NCBI RefSeq assembly: GCF_003018235.1
Contig: NZ_CP027437.1
Reading direction: 5' to 3' (one strand)
DNA from: Escherichia coli
Lineage (GTDB): Bacteria > Pseudomonadota > Gammaproteobacteria > Enterobacterales > Enterobacteriaceae
DNA length: 64,000 bases
Both the position numbers and the translations under genes were made by a program. Of the stretch, positions 21,520 through 31,653 are shown in pieces; within the stretch, counting starts at the first letter, position 1, and every line of letters begins with the position of its first letter. The notes beneath the pieces are model-generated. The model had not been told where the DNA came from. It did not search any database and was given only the letters and a program-made list of their open reading frames with translations.

Positions 21520-22323
21520 ATGGAAAACAGTTTTAAAGCGGCGCTGAAAGCAGGCCGCCCGCAGATCGGATTATGGCTGGGGCTAAGTAGCAGCTACAGC
21601 GCAGAGTTACTAGCCGGAGCAGGATTCGACTGGTTATTGATCGACGGTGAGCACGCGCCGAATAACGTGCAAACCGTGCTCACCCAACTACAGGCGATTG
21701 CGCCCTACCCCAGCCAGCCGGTAGTACGTCCGTCGTGGAACGATCCAGTGCAAATCAAACAACTGCTGGACGTCGGCACACAAACCTTACTGGTGCCGAT
21801 GGTACAAAACGCCGACGAAGCCCGTGAAGCGGTACGCGCCACCCGTTATCCCCCCGCCGGTATTCGCGGTGTGGGCAGTGCGCTGGCTCGCGCCTCGCGC
21901 TGGAATCGCATTCCTGATTACCTGCAAAAAGCCAACGATCAAATGTGCGTGCTGGTGCAGATCGAAACGCGTGAGGCAATGAAGAAATTACCGCAGATTC
22001 TGGACGTGGAAGGGGTCGACGGCGTGTTTATCGGCCCGGCGGATCTGAGCGCCGATATGGGTTATGCCGGTAATCCACAGCACCCGGAAGTACAGGTCGC
22101 CATTGAGCAGGCGATCGTGCAGATCCGCGAAGCGGGCAAAGCGCCGGGGATCCTGATCGCCAATGAGCAACTGGCAAAACGCTATCTGGAACTGGGCGCG
22201 CTGTTTGTCGCCGTCGGCGTTGACACCACCCTGCTCGCCCGCGCCGCCGAAGCGTTGGCAGCACGGTTTGGTAATAGTTCTTCTATTTCGATGGCGAAGC
22301 AAAACAACAACTCTGTCTACTAA
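21520..22323 (+). CDS. hpaI: 4-hydroxy-2-oxo-heptane-1,7-dioate aldolase (HpcH/HpaI class II aldolase)
   Basis: Start at [12 protein letters not shown] with AAGGAGAG RBS inside longer ORF 21379..22323. Confidence 0.85.
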   Translation: MENSFKAALKAGRPQIGLWLGLSSSYSAELLAGAGFDWLLIDGEHAPNNVQTVLTQLQAIAPYPSQPVVRPSWNDPVQIKQLLDVGTQTLLVPMVQNADEAREAVRATRYPPAGIRGVGSALARASRWNRIPDYLQKANDQMCVLVQIETREAMKKLPQILDVEGVDGVFIGPADLSADMGYAGNPQHPEVQVAIEQAIVQIREAGKAPGILIANEQLAKRYLELGALFVAVGVDTTLLARAAEALAARFGNSSSISMAKQNNNSVY

Positions 22324-22344
22324 ACGTACGATGTGGAGCGCATC

Positions 22345-23700
22345 ATGACGACCTCTACCCTGCAATATAAAGATAATAAAACTGTTGAAATTGAACATCG
22401 TGTCATTAATAAATTATTTCGTCGCCTAATCATTTTTCTTTTTATTCTGTTTGTTTTTTCGTTTCTTGATCGCATCAATATAGGATTTGCCGGACTGACA
22501 ATGGGCAAGGATCTTGGCCTGACGTCCACAATGTTTGGCCTCGCCGCGACACTCTTTTATGTCACGTACGTCATGTGCGGGATCCCCAGTAATATGATGT
22601 TAGCGAAAATTGGCGCTCGTCGATGGATCGCTGGGATCATGGTGGTCTGGGGAGTTGCTTCCACCTGCACAATGTTTGCAACAAGCCCCGAAACACTCTA
22701 TCTACTGCGTATGCTGGTTGGTATTGCTGAGGCGGGTTTTTTACCTGGTATTTTGGTTTATCTGACCTGGTGGTTCCCGGCATATCATCGGGCCAGAGCC
22801 AATGCCTTATTTATGATAGCGATGCCAGTCACTATGATGCTGGGATCGATCCTTTCAGGCTACATTCTGGCCTTGGATGGACTGTGGAATCTAAAAGGCT
22901 GGCAATGGCTCTTTTTGCTGGAAGGTCTGCCATCGGTCATTCTTGGTGTCGTCACCTGGTTTTATCTCAACGACACACCAGACCAGGCGACCTGGCTTGA
23001 TGAAAACGAAAAACAGGCTTTAAAAACGATGATTCTCCGTGAACAAGAGAGTGCATTTGCCCATGCATCTGTTCCACGCTCAACCTTACGTGAAGTCCTG
23101 ACCCCAGCCATCATGCTATATACACTTGCTTATTTTTGCCTGACCAATACTCTGAGTGCGATTAATATCTGGACGCCGCAAATCCTACAGAGTTTCAATA
23201 CTGGCAGTAGCAACATCATGATTGGTTTGCTGGCGGCCATCCCCCAATTCTGCACAATTTTTGGCATGATCTGGTGGAGTCGTCGTTCCGACCGTCTTAA
23301 AGAACGCAAAAAGCATACGATTCTTCCCTACCTGTTTGCCGCTGCCGGATGGTTACTCGCTTCTGCGACTGATCACAGCCTCATTCAACTGAGCGGCATC
23401 ATTATGGCCTCAATGGGATCATTTACCGCAATGGCTATCTTTTGGACGACACCGGATCAAGTAATAAGCTTGCAATCGCGTGCCGTTGCGATGGCTGTCA
23501 TCAATGCTGTCGGTAATGTAGGTTCAGCAGTCAGTCCATTACTTATCGGTATTTTGAAAGATGCAACCGGCAGTTTTAGCTCAGGTTTGTGGTTTGTAGC
23601 AGGATTACTGGTACTGGGCGCGTTAGTCATGACCCGAATTCCTATGGGGAGTCGGGAACACTCTCTTTCATCTGAACTTATCGCACCAAAACCGCAATAA
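22345..23700 (+). CDS. hpaX: MFS 4-hydroxyphenylacetate permease
   Basis: ORF 22333..23700, start at MTTSTLQYK; 12-TM MFS profile. Confidence 0.85.
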   Translation: MTTSTLQYKDNKTVEIEHRVINKLFRRLIIFLFILFVFSFLDRINIGFAGLTMGKDLGLTSTMFGLAATLFYVTYVMCGIPSNMMLAKIGARRWIAGIMVVWGVASTCTMFATSPETLYLLRMLVGIAEAGFLPGILVYLTWWFPAYHRARANALFMIAMPVTMMLGSILSGYILALDGLWNLKGWQWLFLLEGLPSVILGVVTWFYLNDTPDQATWLDENEKQALKTMILREQESAFAHASVPRSTLREVLTPAIMLYTLAYFCLTNTLSAINIWTPQILQSFNTGSSNIMIGLLAAIPQFCTIFGMIWWSRRSDRLKERKKHTILPYLFAAAGWLLASATDHSLIQLSGIIMASMGSFTAMAIFWTTPDQVISLQSRAVAMAVINAVGNVGSAVSPLLIGILKDATGSFSSGLWFVAGLLVLGALVMTRIPMGSREHSLSSELIAPKPQ

Positions 23701-23706
23701 GGAGTC

Positions 23707-24600
23707 ATGATGTCCAGTGAAGCTATCTTTGAACATGGTTATGAAAATATTGATTTGGTCCGGGAATATGATGCCCGCTACGCTGGTGAAGATGTGCATT
23801 ATGAAACATTTGCCAGGTTAGCGAATTTCTTTGGACGCGATATGCGCCCTCACTGGCACGATAGATATTTTCAACTCCATTATCTGGTCACTGGACGCAT
23901 TACTTTACAGCTGGATGAGCACTTCTATTCTGTGCGCGCACCGCTTTTTGTACTAACACCACCATCGGTGCCACATACTTTCTTTACTGAGCCTGATAGC
24001 GACGGGCATGTTCTGACCGTACGTCAGGAGTTAATTTGGCCCCTGGTAGAAAAGCTCTGGCCTGGTAGTGGAGATGCCGCAATGCTACAAGGTATCTGTC
24101 TATCGCTGGAGGGAATGGAACATACACTGGCGGCATTAAATCATTATTGGCCGATAATATCCCTGGAGTTTCAACAAAATAAGCCAGGACGGGAAATTCT
24201 ATTGCAATCACTGGCGCAAAGTATTTTTACAATCCTACTGCGTGAAGCACCACCAAATGATATTTCAACATGCAGCGTGCGCGGCGAGATGTGTTTATTC
24301 CAGAAGTTTAATCGGCTGATTGACGAAAATTATCGCCAACATTTAATGGTCCCTGAATATGCAGCAATGCTCGGTATGAGTGAATCACGGCTTACCGAGC
24401 TGTGCCGACGTTTTGCCAATCAATCGCCGAAGAGATTGATTTTCGAACGAGTGAGCCGGGAAGCCAGACGGCTTCTGCTCTATAGCGAGCAAAGCATCAA
24501 CCAGATTGCCCTTGATCTTGGCTACAAAGATCCCGCCTATTTCGCCCGTTTTTTCAACCGAATGATGGGTTGCTCACCAACACAATTCCGTGGTCGCTGA
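23707..24600 (+). CDS. hpaA: AraC/XylS-family activator of hpaBC
   Basis: 297-aa ORF with C-terminal AraC HTH (LGYKDPAYFARFFNRMMGCSP). Confidence 0.85.
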   Translation: MMSSEAIFEHGYENIDLVREYDARYAGEDVHYETFARLANFFGRDMRPHWHDRYFQLHYLVTGRITLQLDEHFYSVRAPLFVLTPPSVPHTFFTEPDSDGHVLTVRQELIWPLVEKLWPGSGDAAMLQGICLSLEGMEHTLAALNHYWPIISLEFQQNKPGREILLQSLAQSIFTILLREAPPNDISTCSVRGEMCLFQKFNRLIDENYRQHLMVPEYAAMLGMSESRLTELCRRFANQSPKRLIFERVSREARRLLLYSEQSINQIALDLGYKDPAYFARFFNRMMGCSPTQFRGR

Positions 24601-24626
24601 CCATTTATCAACCTGAGAGACTCGAC

Positions 24627-25565
24627 ATGAAAATATCTTTACGCTCACTATTTGTGGCGTGCCTGATTGCGCCAGTGGCATTCACCTACGCCTCCGAACC
24701 GCAAGAAATGAAAATTGTACTACTTGGAACGAAAGGTGGCCCTTCTTTATTAAAAGCTGACCGTTTGCCGATGGCAACGGCACTTATTATTGGCAATAAA
24801 ACATGGTTAATTGATGCTGGTTACGGGGCCAGCTTACAACTGGTAAAAAATAATATTCCACTGCGCCAGATTGATAATATTTTACTCACCCATTTACACA
24901 GTGATCATATTCTGGACTATCCCTCAGTCTTAATGAATGCATGGGCTAGCGGTCTGCAGGACAAAACTATTCATGTGTTCGGTCCGCCAGGCACCCGAGC
25001 CATGACCGCTGCCAGTTGGCAGGTCTTCGATCGGGACATCACACTGCGTATGGAAGAAGAAGGAAAACCCGATCCTCGCAAGCTCGTTACAGCTCAAGAT
25101 GTTGGTGAAGGCGTAGTTTATAAAGATGATACCGTGACCGTGACTGCATTAAAGGTTCCTCATTCTCCTTTCCCTGACGGTGAGGCTTTTGCTTATCGCT
25201 TCGACACACAAGGCAAGCGAATTGTCTTCTCAGGAGATACCTCGTACTTTCCCCCACTGGCAACTTTCTCAGAAGGCGCTGATATACTTGTGCATGAGGC
25301 CGTACATGAGCCCTCCGTCGCTAAGCTGGCAGACAGTATTGGCAATGGTAAAACACTGGCAAAAGCCATTGCTTCTCACCATACGACTATTGAGGATGTA
25401 GGCAAAATTGCCAATGAAGCAAAAGTGAAAAAACTCATCCTTAGCCACCTGGTACCAATCACCGTTCCGGATGAAACATGGAAGCAAGAAGCACAGAAAA
25501 ACTATTCAGGCCCTATCGTCGTTGGTCATGAAAATATGACGATTACCATTCCATTCGCCCCATAA
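24627..25565 (+). CDS. Secreted metallo-beta-lactamase-fold hydrolase (HxHxDH Zn motif), function unknown
   Basis: ORF 24570..25565, start at MKISLRSLFVACLIAPVAFTYA (signal peptide); THLHSDHILDYP motif; lies between hpaA and hpaB. Confidence 0.6.
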   Translation: MKISLRSLFVACLIAPVAFTYASEPQEMKIVLLGTKGGPSLLKADRLPMATALIIGNKTWLIDAGYGASLQLVKNNIPLRQIDNILLTHLHSDHILDYPSVLMNAWASGLQDKTIHVFGPPGTRAMTAASWQVFDRDITLRMEEEGKPDPRKLVTAQDVGEGVVYKDDTVTVTALKVPHSPFPDGEAFAYRFDTQGKRIVFSGDTSYFPPLATFSEGADILVHEAVHEPSVAKLADSIGNGKTLAKAIASHHTTIEDVGKIANEAKVKKLILSHLVPITVPDETWKQEAQKNYSGPIVVGHENMTITIPFAP

Positions 25566-25791
25566 AAAATTCCGTCCCCGTTAGCCCTTGTTAGCGGGGA
25601 ATATTATGATTTGCCTTACTGCAAGTTGATCACGATCGCAGTTTACTATTTAACTCCACCTTGCTGGCGAAAAGTACCAACGTTCGCCTGAAACGTCTCT
25701 TCCCGACAACCGCGTTCAACGCTTCAATTAAATAACAAAAACAACACACAAAATTAACAATCGTATTCCGATTAATACTGTAGAGGTCGAC

Positions 25792-27354
25792 ATGAAACCA
25801 GAAGATTTCCGCGCCAGTACCCAACGTCCGTTCACCGGGGAAGAGTATCTGAAAAGCCTGCAGGATGGTCGCGAGATCTATATCTATGGCGAGCGAGTGA
25901 AAGACGTCACTACTCATCCGGCATTTCGTAATGCGGCAGCGTCTGTTGCCCAACTGTACGACGCGCTGCACAAACCGGAGATGCAGGACTCTCTGTGTTG
26001 GAACACCGACACCGGCAGCGGCGGCTATACCCATAAATTCTTCCGCGTGGCGAAAAGTGCCGACGACCTGCGCCAGCAACGCGACGCCATCGCTGAGTGG
26101 TCACGCCTGAGCTATGGCTGGATGGGCCGCACCCCAGACTACAAAGCCGCTTTCGGTTGCGCACTGGGCGCGAATCCGGGCTTTTACGGTCAGTTCGAGC
26201 AGAACGCCCGTAACTGGTACACCCGTATTCAGGAAACTGGCCTCTACTTTAACCACGCGATTGTTAACCCACCGATTGATCGTCATTTGCCGACCGATAA
26301 AGTGAAAGACGTTTACATCAAGCTGGAAAAAGAGACTGACGCCGGGATTATCGTCAGCGGTGCGAAAGTGGTTGCCACCAACTCGGCGCTGACTCACTAC
26401 AACATGATTGGCTTCGGCTCGGCACAAGTGATGGGCGAAAACCCGGACTTCGCACTGATGTTCGTTGCGCCAATGGATGCCGATGGCGTGAAATTAATCT
26501 CCCGCGCCTCTTATGAAATGGTGGCGGGTGCTACCGGCTCGCCGTACGACTACCCGCTCTCCAGCCGCTTTGATGAGAACGATGCGATTCTGGTGATGGA
26601 TAACGTGCTGATCCCATGGGAAAACGTACTGATCTACCGCGATTTCGATCGCTGCCGTCGCTGGACAATGGAAGGTGGTTTTGCCCGTATGTATCCGCTG
26701 CAAGCCTGTGTGCGCCTGGCAGTGAAATTAGACTTCATTACGGCACTGCTGAAAAAATCACTCGAATGTACCGGCACCCTGGAGTTCCGTGGTGTGCAGG
26801 CCGATCTCGGTGAAGTGGTGGCGTGGCGCAACACCTTCTGGGCATTGAGTGACTCGATGTGTTCAGAAGCGACGCCGTGGGTCAACGGGGCTTATTTACC
26901 GGATCATGCCGCACTGCAAACCTATCGCGTACTGGCACCAATGGCCTACGCGAAGATCAAAAACATTATCGAACGCAACGTTACCAGTGGCCTGATCTAT
27001 CTTCCTTCCAGTGCCCGTGACCTGAACAATCCGCAGATCGACCAGTATCTGGCGAAGTATGTGCGCGGTTCGAATGGTATGGATCACGTCCAGCGCATCA
27101 AGATCCTCAAACTGATGTGGGATGCTATTGGCAGCGAATTTGGTGGTCGTCACGAACTGTATGAAATCAACTACTCCGGTAGCCAGGATGAGATTCGCCT
27201 GCAGTGTCTGCGCCAGGCACAAAGCTCCGGCAATATGGACAAGATGATGGCGATGGTTGATCGCTGCCTGTCGGAATACGACCAGAACGGCTGGACTGTG
27301 CCGCACCTGCACAACAACGACGATATCAACATGCTGGATAAGCTGCTGAAATAA
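25792..27354 (+). CDS. hpaB: 4-hydroxyphenylacetate 3-monooxygenase, oxygenase component (FADH2-dependent)
   Basis: 520-aa ORF; recognised sequence; followed by flavin reductase gene. Confidence 0.9.
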   Translation: MKPEDFRASTQRPFTGEEYLKSLQDGREIYIYGERVKDVTTHPAFRNAAASVAQLYDALHKPEMQDSLCWNTDTGSGGYTHKFFRVAKSADDLRQQRDAIAEWSRLSYGWMGRTPDYKAAFGCALGANPGFYGQFEQNARNWYTRIQETGLYFNHAIVNPPIDRHLPTDKVKDVYIKLEKETDAGIIVSGAKVVATNSALTHYNMIGFGSAQVMGENPDFALMFVAPMDADGVKLISRASYEMVAGATGSPYDYPLSSRFDENDAILVMDNVLIPWENVLIYRDFDRCRRWTMEGGFARMYPLQACVRLAVKLDFITALLKKSLECTGTLEFRGVQADLGEVVAWRNTFWALSDSMCSEATPWVNGAYLPDHAALQTYRVLAPMAYAKIKNIIERNVTSGLIYLPSSARDLNNPQIDQYLAKYVRGSNGMDHVQRIKILKLMWDAIGSEFGGRHELYEINYSGSQDEIRLQCLRQAQSSGNMDKMMAMVDRCLSEYDQNGWTVPHLHNNDDINMLDKLLK

Positions 27355-27371
27355 CGCAGCAGGAGGTTAAG

Positions 27372-27884
27372 ATGCAATTAGATGAACAACGCCTGCGCTT
27401 TCGTGACGCAATGGCCAGCCTGTCGGCAGCGGTAAATATTATCACCACCGAGGGCAACGCCGGGCAATGCGGGATTACGGCAACGGCTGTCTGCTCGGTC
27501 ACGGATACACCACCGTCGCTGATGGTGTGCATTAACGCCAACAGTGCGATGAACCCGGTTTTTCAGGGCAACGGTAAGTTGTGCGTCAACGTCCTCAACC
27601 ATGAGCAGGAACTGATGGCACGCCACTTCGCGGGCATGACAGGCATGGCGATGGAAGAGCGTTTTAGCCTCTCATGCTGGCAAAAAGGTCCGCTGGCGCA
27701 GCCGGTGCTAAAAGGTTCGCTGGCCAGTCTTGAAGGTGAGATCCGCGATGTGCAGGCAATTGGCACACATCTGGTGTATCTGGTGGAGATTAAAAACATC
27801 ATCCTCAGTGCAGAAGGTCACGGACTTATCTACTTTAAACGCCGTTTCCATCCGGTGATGCTGGAAATGGAAGCTGCGATTTAA
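27372..27884 (+). CDS. hpaC: 4-hydroxyphenylacetate 3-monooxygenase reductase component (NAD(P)H:flavin oxidoreductase)
   Basis: 170-aa ORF with flavin reductase-like fold, tight spacing after hpaB. Confidence 0.9.
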   Translation: MQLDEQRLRFRDAMASLSAAVNIITTEGNAGQCGITATAVCSVTDTPPSLMVCINANSAMNPVFQGNGKLCVNVLNHEQELMARHFAGMTGMAMEERFSLSCWQKGPLAQPVLKGSLASLEGEIRDVQAIGTHLVYLVEIKNIILSAEGHGLIYFKRRFHPVMLEMEAAI

Positions 27885-27892
27885 GCTCCAGA

Positions 27893-27925
27893 CCCTTCAC
27901 GTATTCGTCGAAGGGGCATTTTTAT
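27893..27925 (+). terminator. Rho-independent terminator after hpaC
   Basis: cccttc..gaaggg stem followed by gcatttttatt. Confidence 0.55.
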
Positions 27926-27941
27926 TGTGATCTCAATCACA
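27926..27941. promoter_or_regulatory. CRP binding site (TGTGA-N6-TCACA) upstream of btsT
   Basis: tgtgatctcaatcaca is a perfect match to both CRP half-sites. Confidence 0.6.
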
Positions 27942-27969
27942 TATCCACCCGATGAATAATTCTTGCCCA

Positions 27970-28018
27970 ACCGCTCACCGCCATTCCTGACCGCTTACAT
28001 CCCTAAAATAACCACTCA
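27970..28018 (+). promoter_or_regulatory. Three direct repeats ACC(G/A)CT(C/T)A, the BtsR (YehT) LytTR response-regulator motif, in btsT promoter
   Basis: accgctca, accgctta, accactca spaced ~20-21 bp apart. Confidence 0.55.
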
Positions 28019-28273
28019 GTTATTTACCTTACTTTACGCGCGCGTAACTCTGGCAACATCACTGCAGGATAGCGGTCAATTTACCTCCTCAAACGCAACG
28101 CAAACCTAGAACGGCTTCGGCCTATGATTAACAAATTACTCTATGGATTTTGGTTTGCAGGAAGGCAGCAAGTGAGTGAACCAGGAGCTTACAACAGTAA
28201 GTGACAGGGGTGAACGAACCCAGCTGCGGCACCTGTAAGCCAAAAGACGACGAGTAAAATGCCAGGTTTTACT

Positions 28274-30424
28274 ATGGATACGAAAAAACTATTCAAGCAC
28301 ATACCCTGGGTGATTCTCGGAATCATCGGTGCATTCTGCCTCGCGGTAGTTGCATTACGTCGGGGGGAGCACGTCAGCGCCCTGTGGATCGTGGTCGCCT
28401 CTGTGTCGGTGTATCTGGTGGCGTATCGCTACTACAGTCTGTACATCGCCCAGAAGGTGATGAAACTCGACCCCACGCGCGCGACGCCTGCGGTTATTAA
28501 CAACGACGGTCTGAACTACGTTCCGACCAACCGTTACGTGTTGTTTGGTCACCACTTCGCCGCTATCGCCGGTGCTGGTCCGCTGGTGGGTCCGGTTCTC
28601 GCCGCGCAGATGGGCTACCTGCCTGGCACGCTGTGGCTGCTGGCGGGGGTAGTGCTGGCCGGTGCGGTACAGGACTTTATGGTGCTGTTTATCTCCTCTC
28701 GCCGTAACGGCGCATCTCTCGGTGAGATGATCAAAGAAGAGATGGGACCAGTACCGGGGACTATCGCGCTGTTTGGCTGTTTCTTAATCATGATCATCAT
28801 CCTCGCCGTCCTGGCGCTGATTGTGGTTAAAGCCCTGGCCGAAAGTCCGTGGGGTGTCTTCACCGTTTGCTCAACCGTACCGATTGCGCTGTTTATGGGT
28901 ATCTACATGCGCTTTATCCGTCCGGGGCGTGTGGGTGAAGTCTCTGTCATTGGTATCGTGCTGCTGGTTGCCTCTATCTACTTCGGTGGCGTGATTGCTC
29001 ACGATCCGTACTGGGGTCCGGCACTGACCTTTAAAGACACCACCATTACCTTCGCGCTGATTGGCTATGCGTTTGTTTCCGCACTGCTGCCGGTGTGGCT
29101 GATCCTCGCACCGCGCGACTATCTGGCAACCTTCCTGAAAATCGGTGTTATCGTCGGCCTGGCACTGGGTATCGTGGTGTTGAACCCGGAACTGAAAATG
29201 CCTGCGATGACCCAGTACATTGACGGTACTGGCCCGCTGTGGAAAGGCGCTCTGTTCCCGTTCCTGTTCATCACCATCGCCTGTGGTGCGGTATCTGGCT
29301 TCCACGCGCTGATCTCTTCCGGTACGACGCCGAAACTGCTGGCTAACGAAACCGACGCGCGTTTCATTGGCTACGGCGCAATGCTGATGGAGTCCTTCGT
29401 GGCGATTATGGCGCTGGTTGCTGCGTCCATCATCGAACCGGGTCTTTACTTCGCGATGAACACCCCGCCTGCTGGCCTTGGCATCACCATGCCTAACCTG
29501 CATGAAATGGGTGGCGAGAACGCGCCGATCATCATGGCGCAGCTGAAAGACGTTACCGCACACGCGGCAGCGACCGTCAGCTCCTGGGGCTTCGTGATTT
29601 CGCCAGAGCAGATCCTGCAAACCGCGAAAGACATTGGTGAGCCTTCTGTCCTGAACCGTGCAGGTGGTGCGCCGACGCTGGCGGTAGGTATCGCTCACGT
29701 GTTCCACAAAGTGCTGCCGATGGCTGACATGGGCTTCTGGTATCACTTCGGTATTCTGTTCGAAGCCCTGTTCATCCTGACCGCGCTGGATGCGGGTACC
29801 CGTTCTGGCCGCTTTATGCTGCAAGATCTGCTGGGTAACTTCATCCCGTTCCTGAAAAAAACCGACTCCCTGGTTGCCGGTATCATCGGTACGGCGGGCT
29901 GTGTGGGTCTGTGGGGCTACCTGCTGTATCAGGGCGTGGTCGATCCGCTGGGCGGCGTTAAGAGCCTGTGGCCGCTGTTCGGTATCTCCAACCAGATGCT
30001 GGCAGCCGTGGCGCTGGTACTGGGTACCGTTGTGCTGATTAAGATGAAGCGCACCCAATACATCTGGGTAACTGTTGTTCCGGCTGTATGGTTGCTTATC
30101 TGCACCACCTGGGCGCTGGGCCTGAAACTGTTCAGCACCAACCCGCAGATGGAAGGCTTCTTCTACATGGCAAGCCAGTACAAAGAGAAGATTGCTAACG
30201 GTACTGACCTGACGGCGCAGCAGATTGCCAACATGAACCACATCGTTGTGAACAACTACACCAACGCAGGCCTGAGTATTCTGTTCCTGATTGTGGTGTA
30301 CAGCATCATCTTCTACGGTTTCAAAACCTGGCTTGCGGTGCGTAACAGCGACAAACGTACTGACAAAGAAACACCGTACGTTCCAATCCCGGAAGGCGGC
30401 GTGAAGATCTCTTCGCACCACTAA
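28274..30424 (+). CDS. btsT: CstA-family pyruvate/H+ symporter
   Basis: ORF 28259..30424, start at MDTKKLFKH; ~716 aa polytopic membrane protein; recognised YjiY sequence. Confidence 0.9.
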   Translation: MDTKKLFKHIPWVILGIIGAFCLAVVALRRGEHVSALWIVVASVSVYLVAYRYYSLYIAQKVMKLDPTRATPAVINNDGLNYVPTNRYVLFGHHFAAIAGAGPLVGPVLAAQMGYLPGTLWLLAGVVLAGAVQDFMVLFISSRRNGASLGEMIKEEMGPVPGTIALFGCFLIMIIILAVLALIVVKALAESPWGVFTVCSTVPIALFMGIYMRFIRPGRVGEVSVIGIVLLVASIYFGGVIAHDPYWGPALTFKDTTITFALIGYAFVSALLPVWLILAPRDYLATFLKIGVIVGLALGIVVLNPELKMPAMTQYIDGTGPLWKGALFPFLFITIACGAVSGFHALISSGTTPKLLANETDARFIGYGAMLMESFVAIMALVAASIIEPGLYFAMNTPPAGLGITMPNLHEMGGENAPIIMAQLKDVTAHAAATVSSWGFVISPEQILQTAKDIGEPSVLNRAGGAPTLAVGIAHVFHKVLPMADMGFWYHFGILFEALFILTALDAGTRSGRFMLQDLLGNFIPFLKKTDSLVAGIIGTAGCVGLWGYLLYQGVVDPLGGVKSLWPLFGISNQMLAAVALVLGTVVLIKMKRTQYIWVTVVPAVWLLICTTWALGLKLFSTNPQMEGFFYMASQYKEKIANGTDLTAQQIANMNHIVVNNYTNAGLSILFLIVVYSIIFYGFKTWLAVRNSDKRTDKETPYVPIPEGGVKISSHH

Positions 30425-30432
30425 CCGTGTTT

Positions 30433-30460
30433 AGCCCCGCTTCGGCGGGGCTTTGTTCTT
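30433..30460 (+). terminator. Rho-independent terminator after btsT
   Basis: gccccgc-ttcg-gcggggc hairpin followed by tttgttctt. Confidence 0.6.
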
Positions 30461-30473
30461 ATCAGAGTGAACT

Positions 30474-30677
30474 ATGTTTGGTAACTTAGGACAGGCAAAA
30501 AAATATCTCGGCCAGGCGGCAAAGATGTTGATTGGCATTCCAGACTACGACAACTACGTCGAGCATATGAAGACCAACCATCCCGACAAGCCGTACATGA
30601 GCTATGAAGAATTCTTCCGCGAACGCCAGAACGCGCGCTACGGCGGCGATGGTAAAGGCGGTATGCGCTGTTGTTAA
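30474..30677 (+). CDS. yjiX: Small DUF466-family protein partnered with CstA-type transporters
   Basis: 67-aa ORF directly after btsT. Confidence 0.8.
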
Positions 30678-30687
30678 TGGAGAGAGC

Positions 30688-31644
30688 ATGAACCCGATTG
30701 CAGTTACCCTACTCACCGGTTTTTTAGGCGCGGGCAAAACCACCCTGCTGCGCCATATTCTTAACGAACAACACGGCTACAAGATTGCCGTGATTGAAAA
30801 CGAATTCGGCGAAGTCTCCGTTGATGATCAATTGATTGGTGATCGCGCCAGGCAGATCAAAACGCTGACCAACGGCTGCATCTGCTGTTCGCGCTCCAAC
30901 GAGCTGGAAGACGCACTACTCGACCTGCTGGATAATCTCGACAAGGGCAATATTCAGTTCGATCGTCTGGTCATTGAATGCACCGGCATGGCCGATCCCG
31001 GCCCGATTATTCAGACCTTTTTCTCCCATGAGATTTTATGCCAGCGCTACCTGCTGGACGGCGTGATTGCGCTGGTGGATGCGGTACATGCCGATGAGCA
31101 GATGAACCAGTTCACCATCGCCCAGTCCCAGGTGGGCTACGCCGACCGTATTCTGCTGACTAAAACCGACGTCGCAGGTGAAGCAGAAAAACTGCGCGAA
31201 CGCCTGGCACGCATCAACGCCCGCGCACCGGTCTACACCGTCACCCACGGTGACATCGACCTGGGCCTGTTGTTCAACACCAACGGTTTTATGCTGGAAG
31301 AAAACGTCGTCAGCACCAAACCGCGTTTCCACTTTATCGCGGATAAACAAAACGATATTTCGTCGATTGTGGTGGAACTGGATTACCCGGTAGATATCAG
31401 CGAAGTTTCCCGCGTGATGGAAAACCTGCTGCTGGAATCGGCAGATAAACTGCTGCGTTACAAAGGGATGCTGTGGATTGACGGCGAACCTAACCGCCTG
31501 CTGTTCCAGGGCGTCCAGCGCCTCTACAGCGCCGACTGGGACAGGCCGTGGGGTGATGAAACACCGCATAGCACAATGGTGTTTATCGGGATTCAGCTGC
31601 CGGAGGATGAGATTCGGGCAGCGTTTGCGGGGTTGAGGAAGTAA
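30688..31644 (+). CDS. yjiA: CobW/HypB-family (COG0523) metal-binding GTPase
   Basis: Start at MNPIAVTLLTGFLGAGKTTLL (P-loop) inside ORF 30604..31644; CxCC motif (GCICCS). Confidence 0.9.
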   Translation: MNPIAVTLLTGFLGAGKTTLLRHILNEQHGYKIAVIENEFGEVSVDDQLIGDRARQIKTLTNGCICCSRSNELEDALLDLLDNLDKGNIQFDRLVIECTGMADPGPIIQTFFSHEILCQRYLLDGVIALVDAVHADEQMNQFTIAQSQVGYADRILLTKTDVAGEAEKLRERLARINARAPVYTVTHGDIDLGLLFNTNGFMLEENVVSTKPRFHFIADKQNDISSIVVELDYPVDISEVSRVMENLLLESADKLLRYKGMLWIDGEPNRLLFQGVQRLYSADWDRPWGDETPHSTMVFIGIQLPEDEIRAAFAGLRK

Positions 31645-31653
31645 GGGGTTATG

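Noticed and set aside
28871-30421. 516-aa ORF antisense to btsT
   Set aside because: Fully contained within the btsT coding region on the opposite strand; Arg/His/Gln-rich low-complexity translation typical of antisense frames of GC-rich membrane-protein genes.
30604-30687. Upstream in-frame extension of yjiA overlapping yjiX
   Set aside because: Extension would overlap yjiX by ~70 bp and lacks an RBS; the Met at 30688 has a GGAGAG RBS and starts the P-loop N-terminus.
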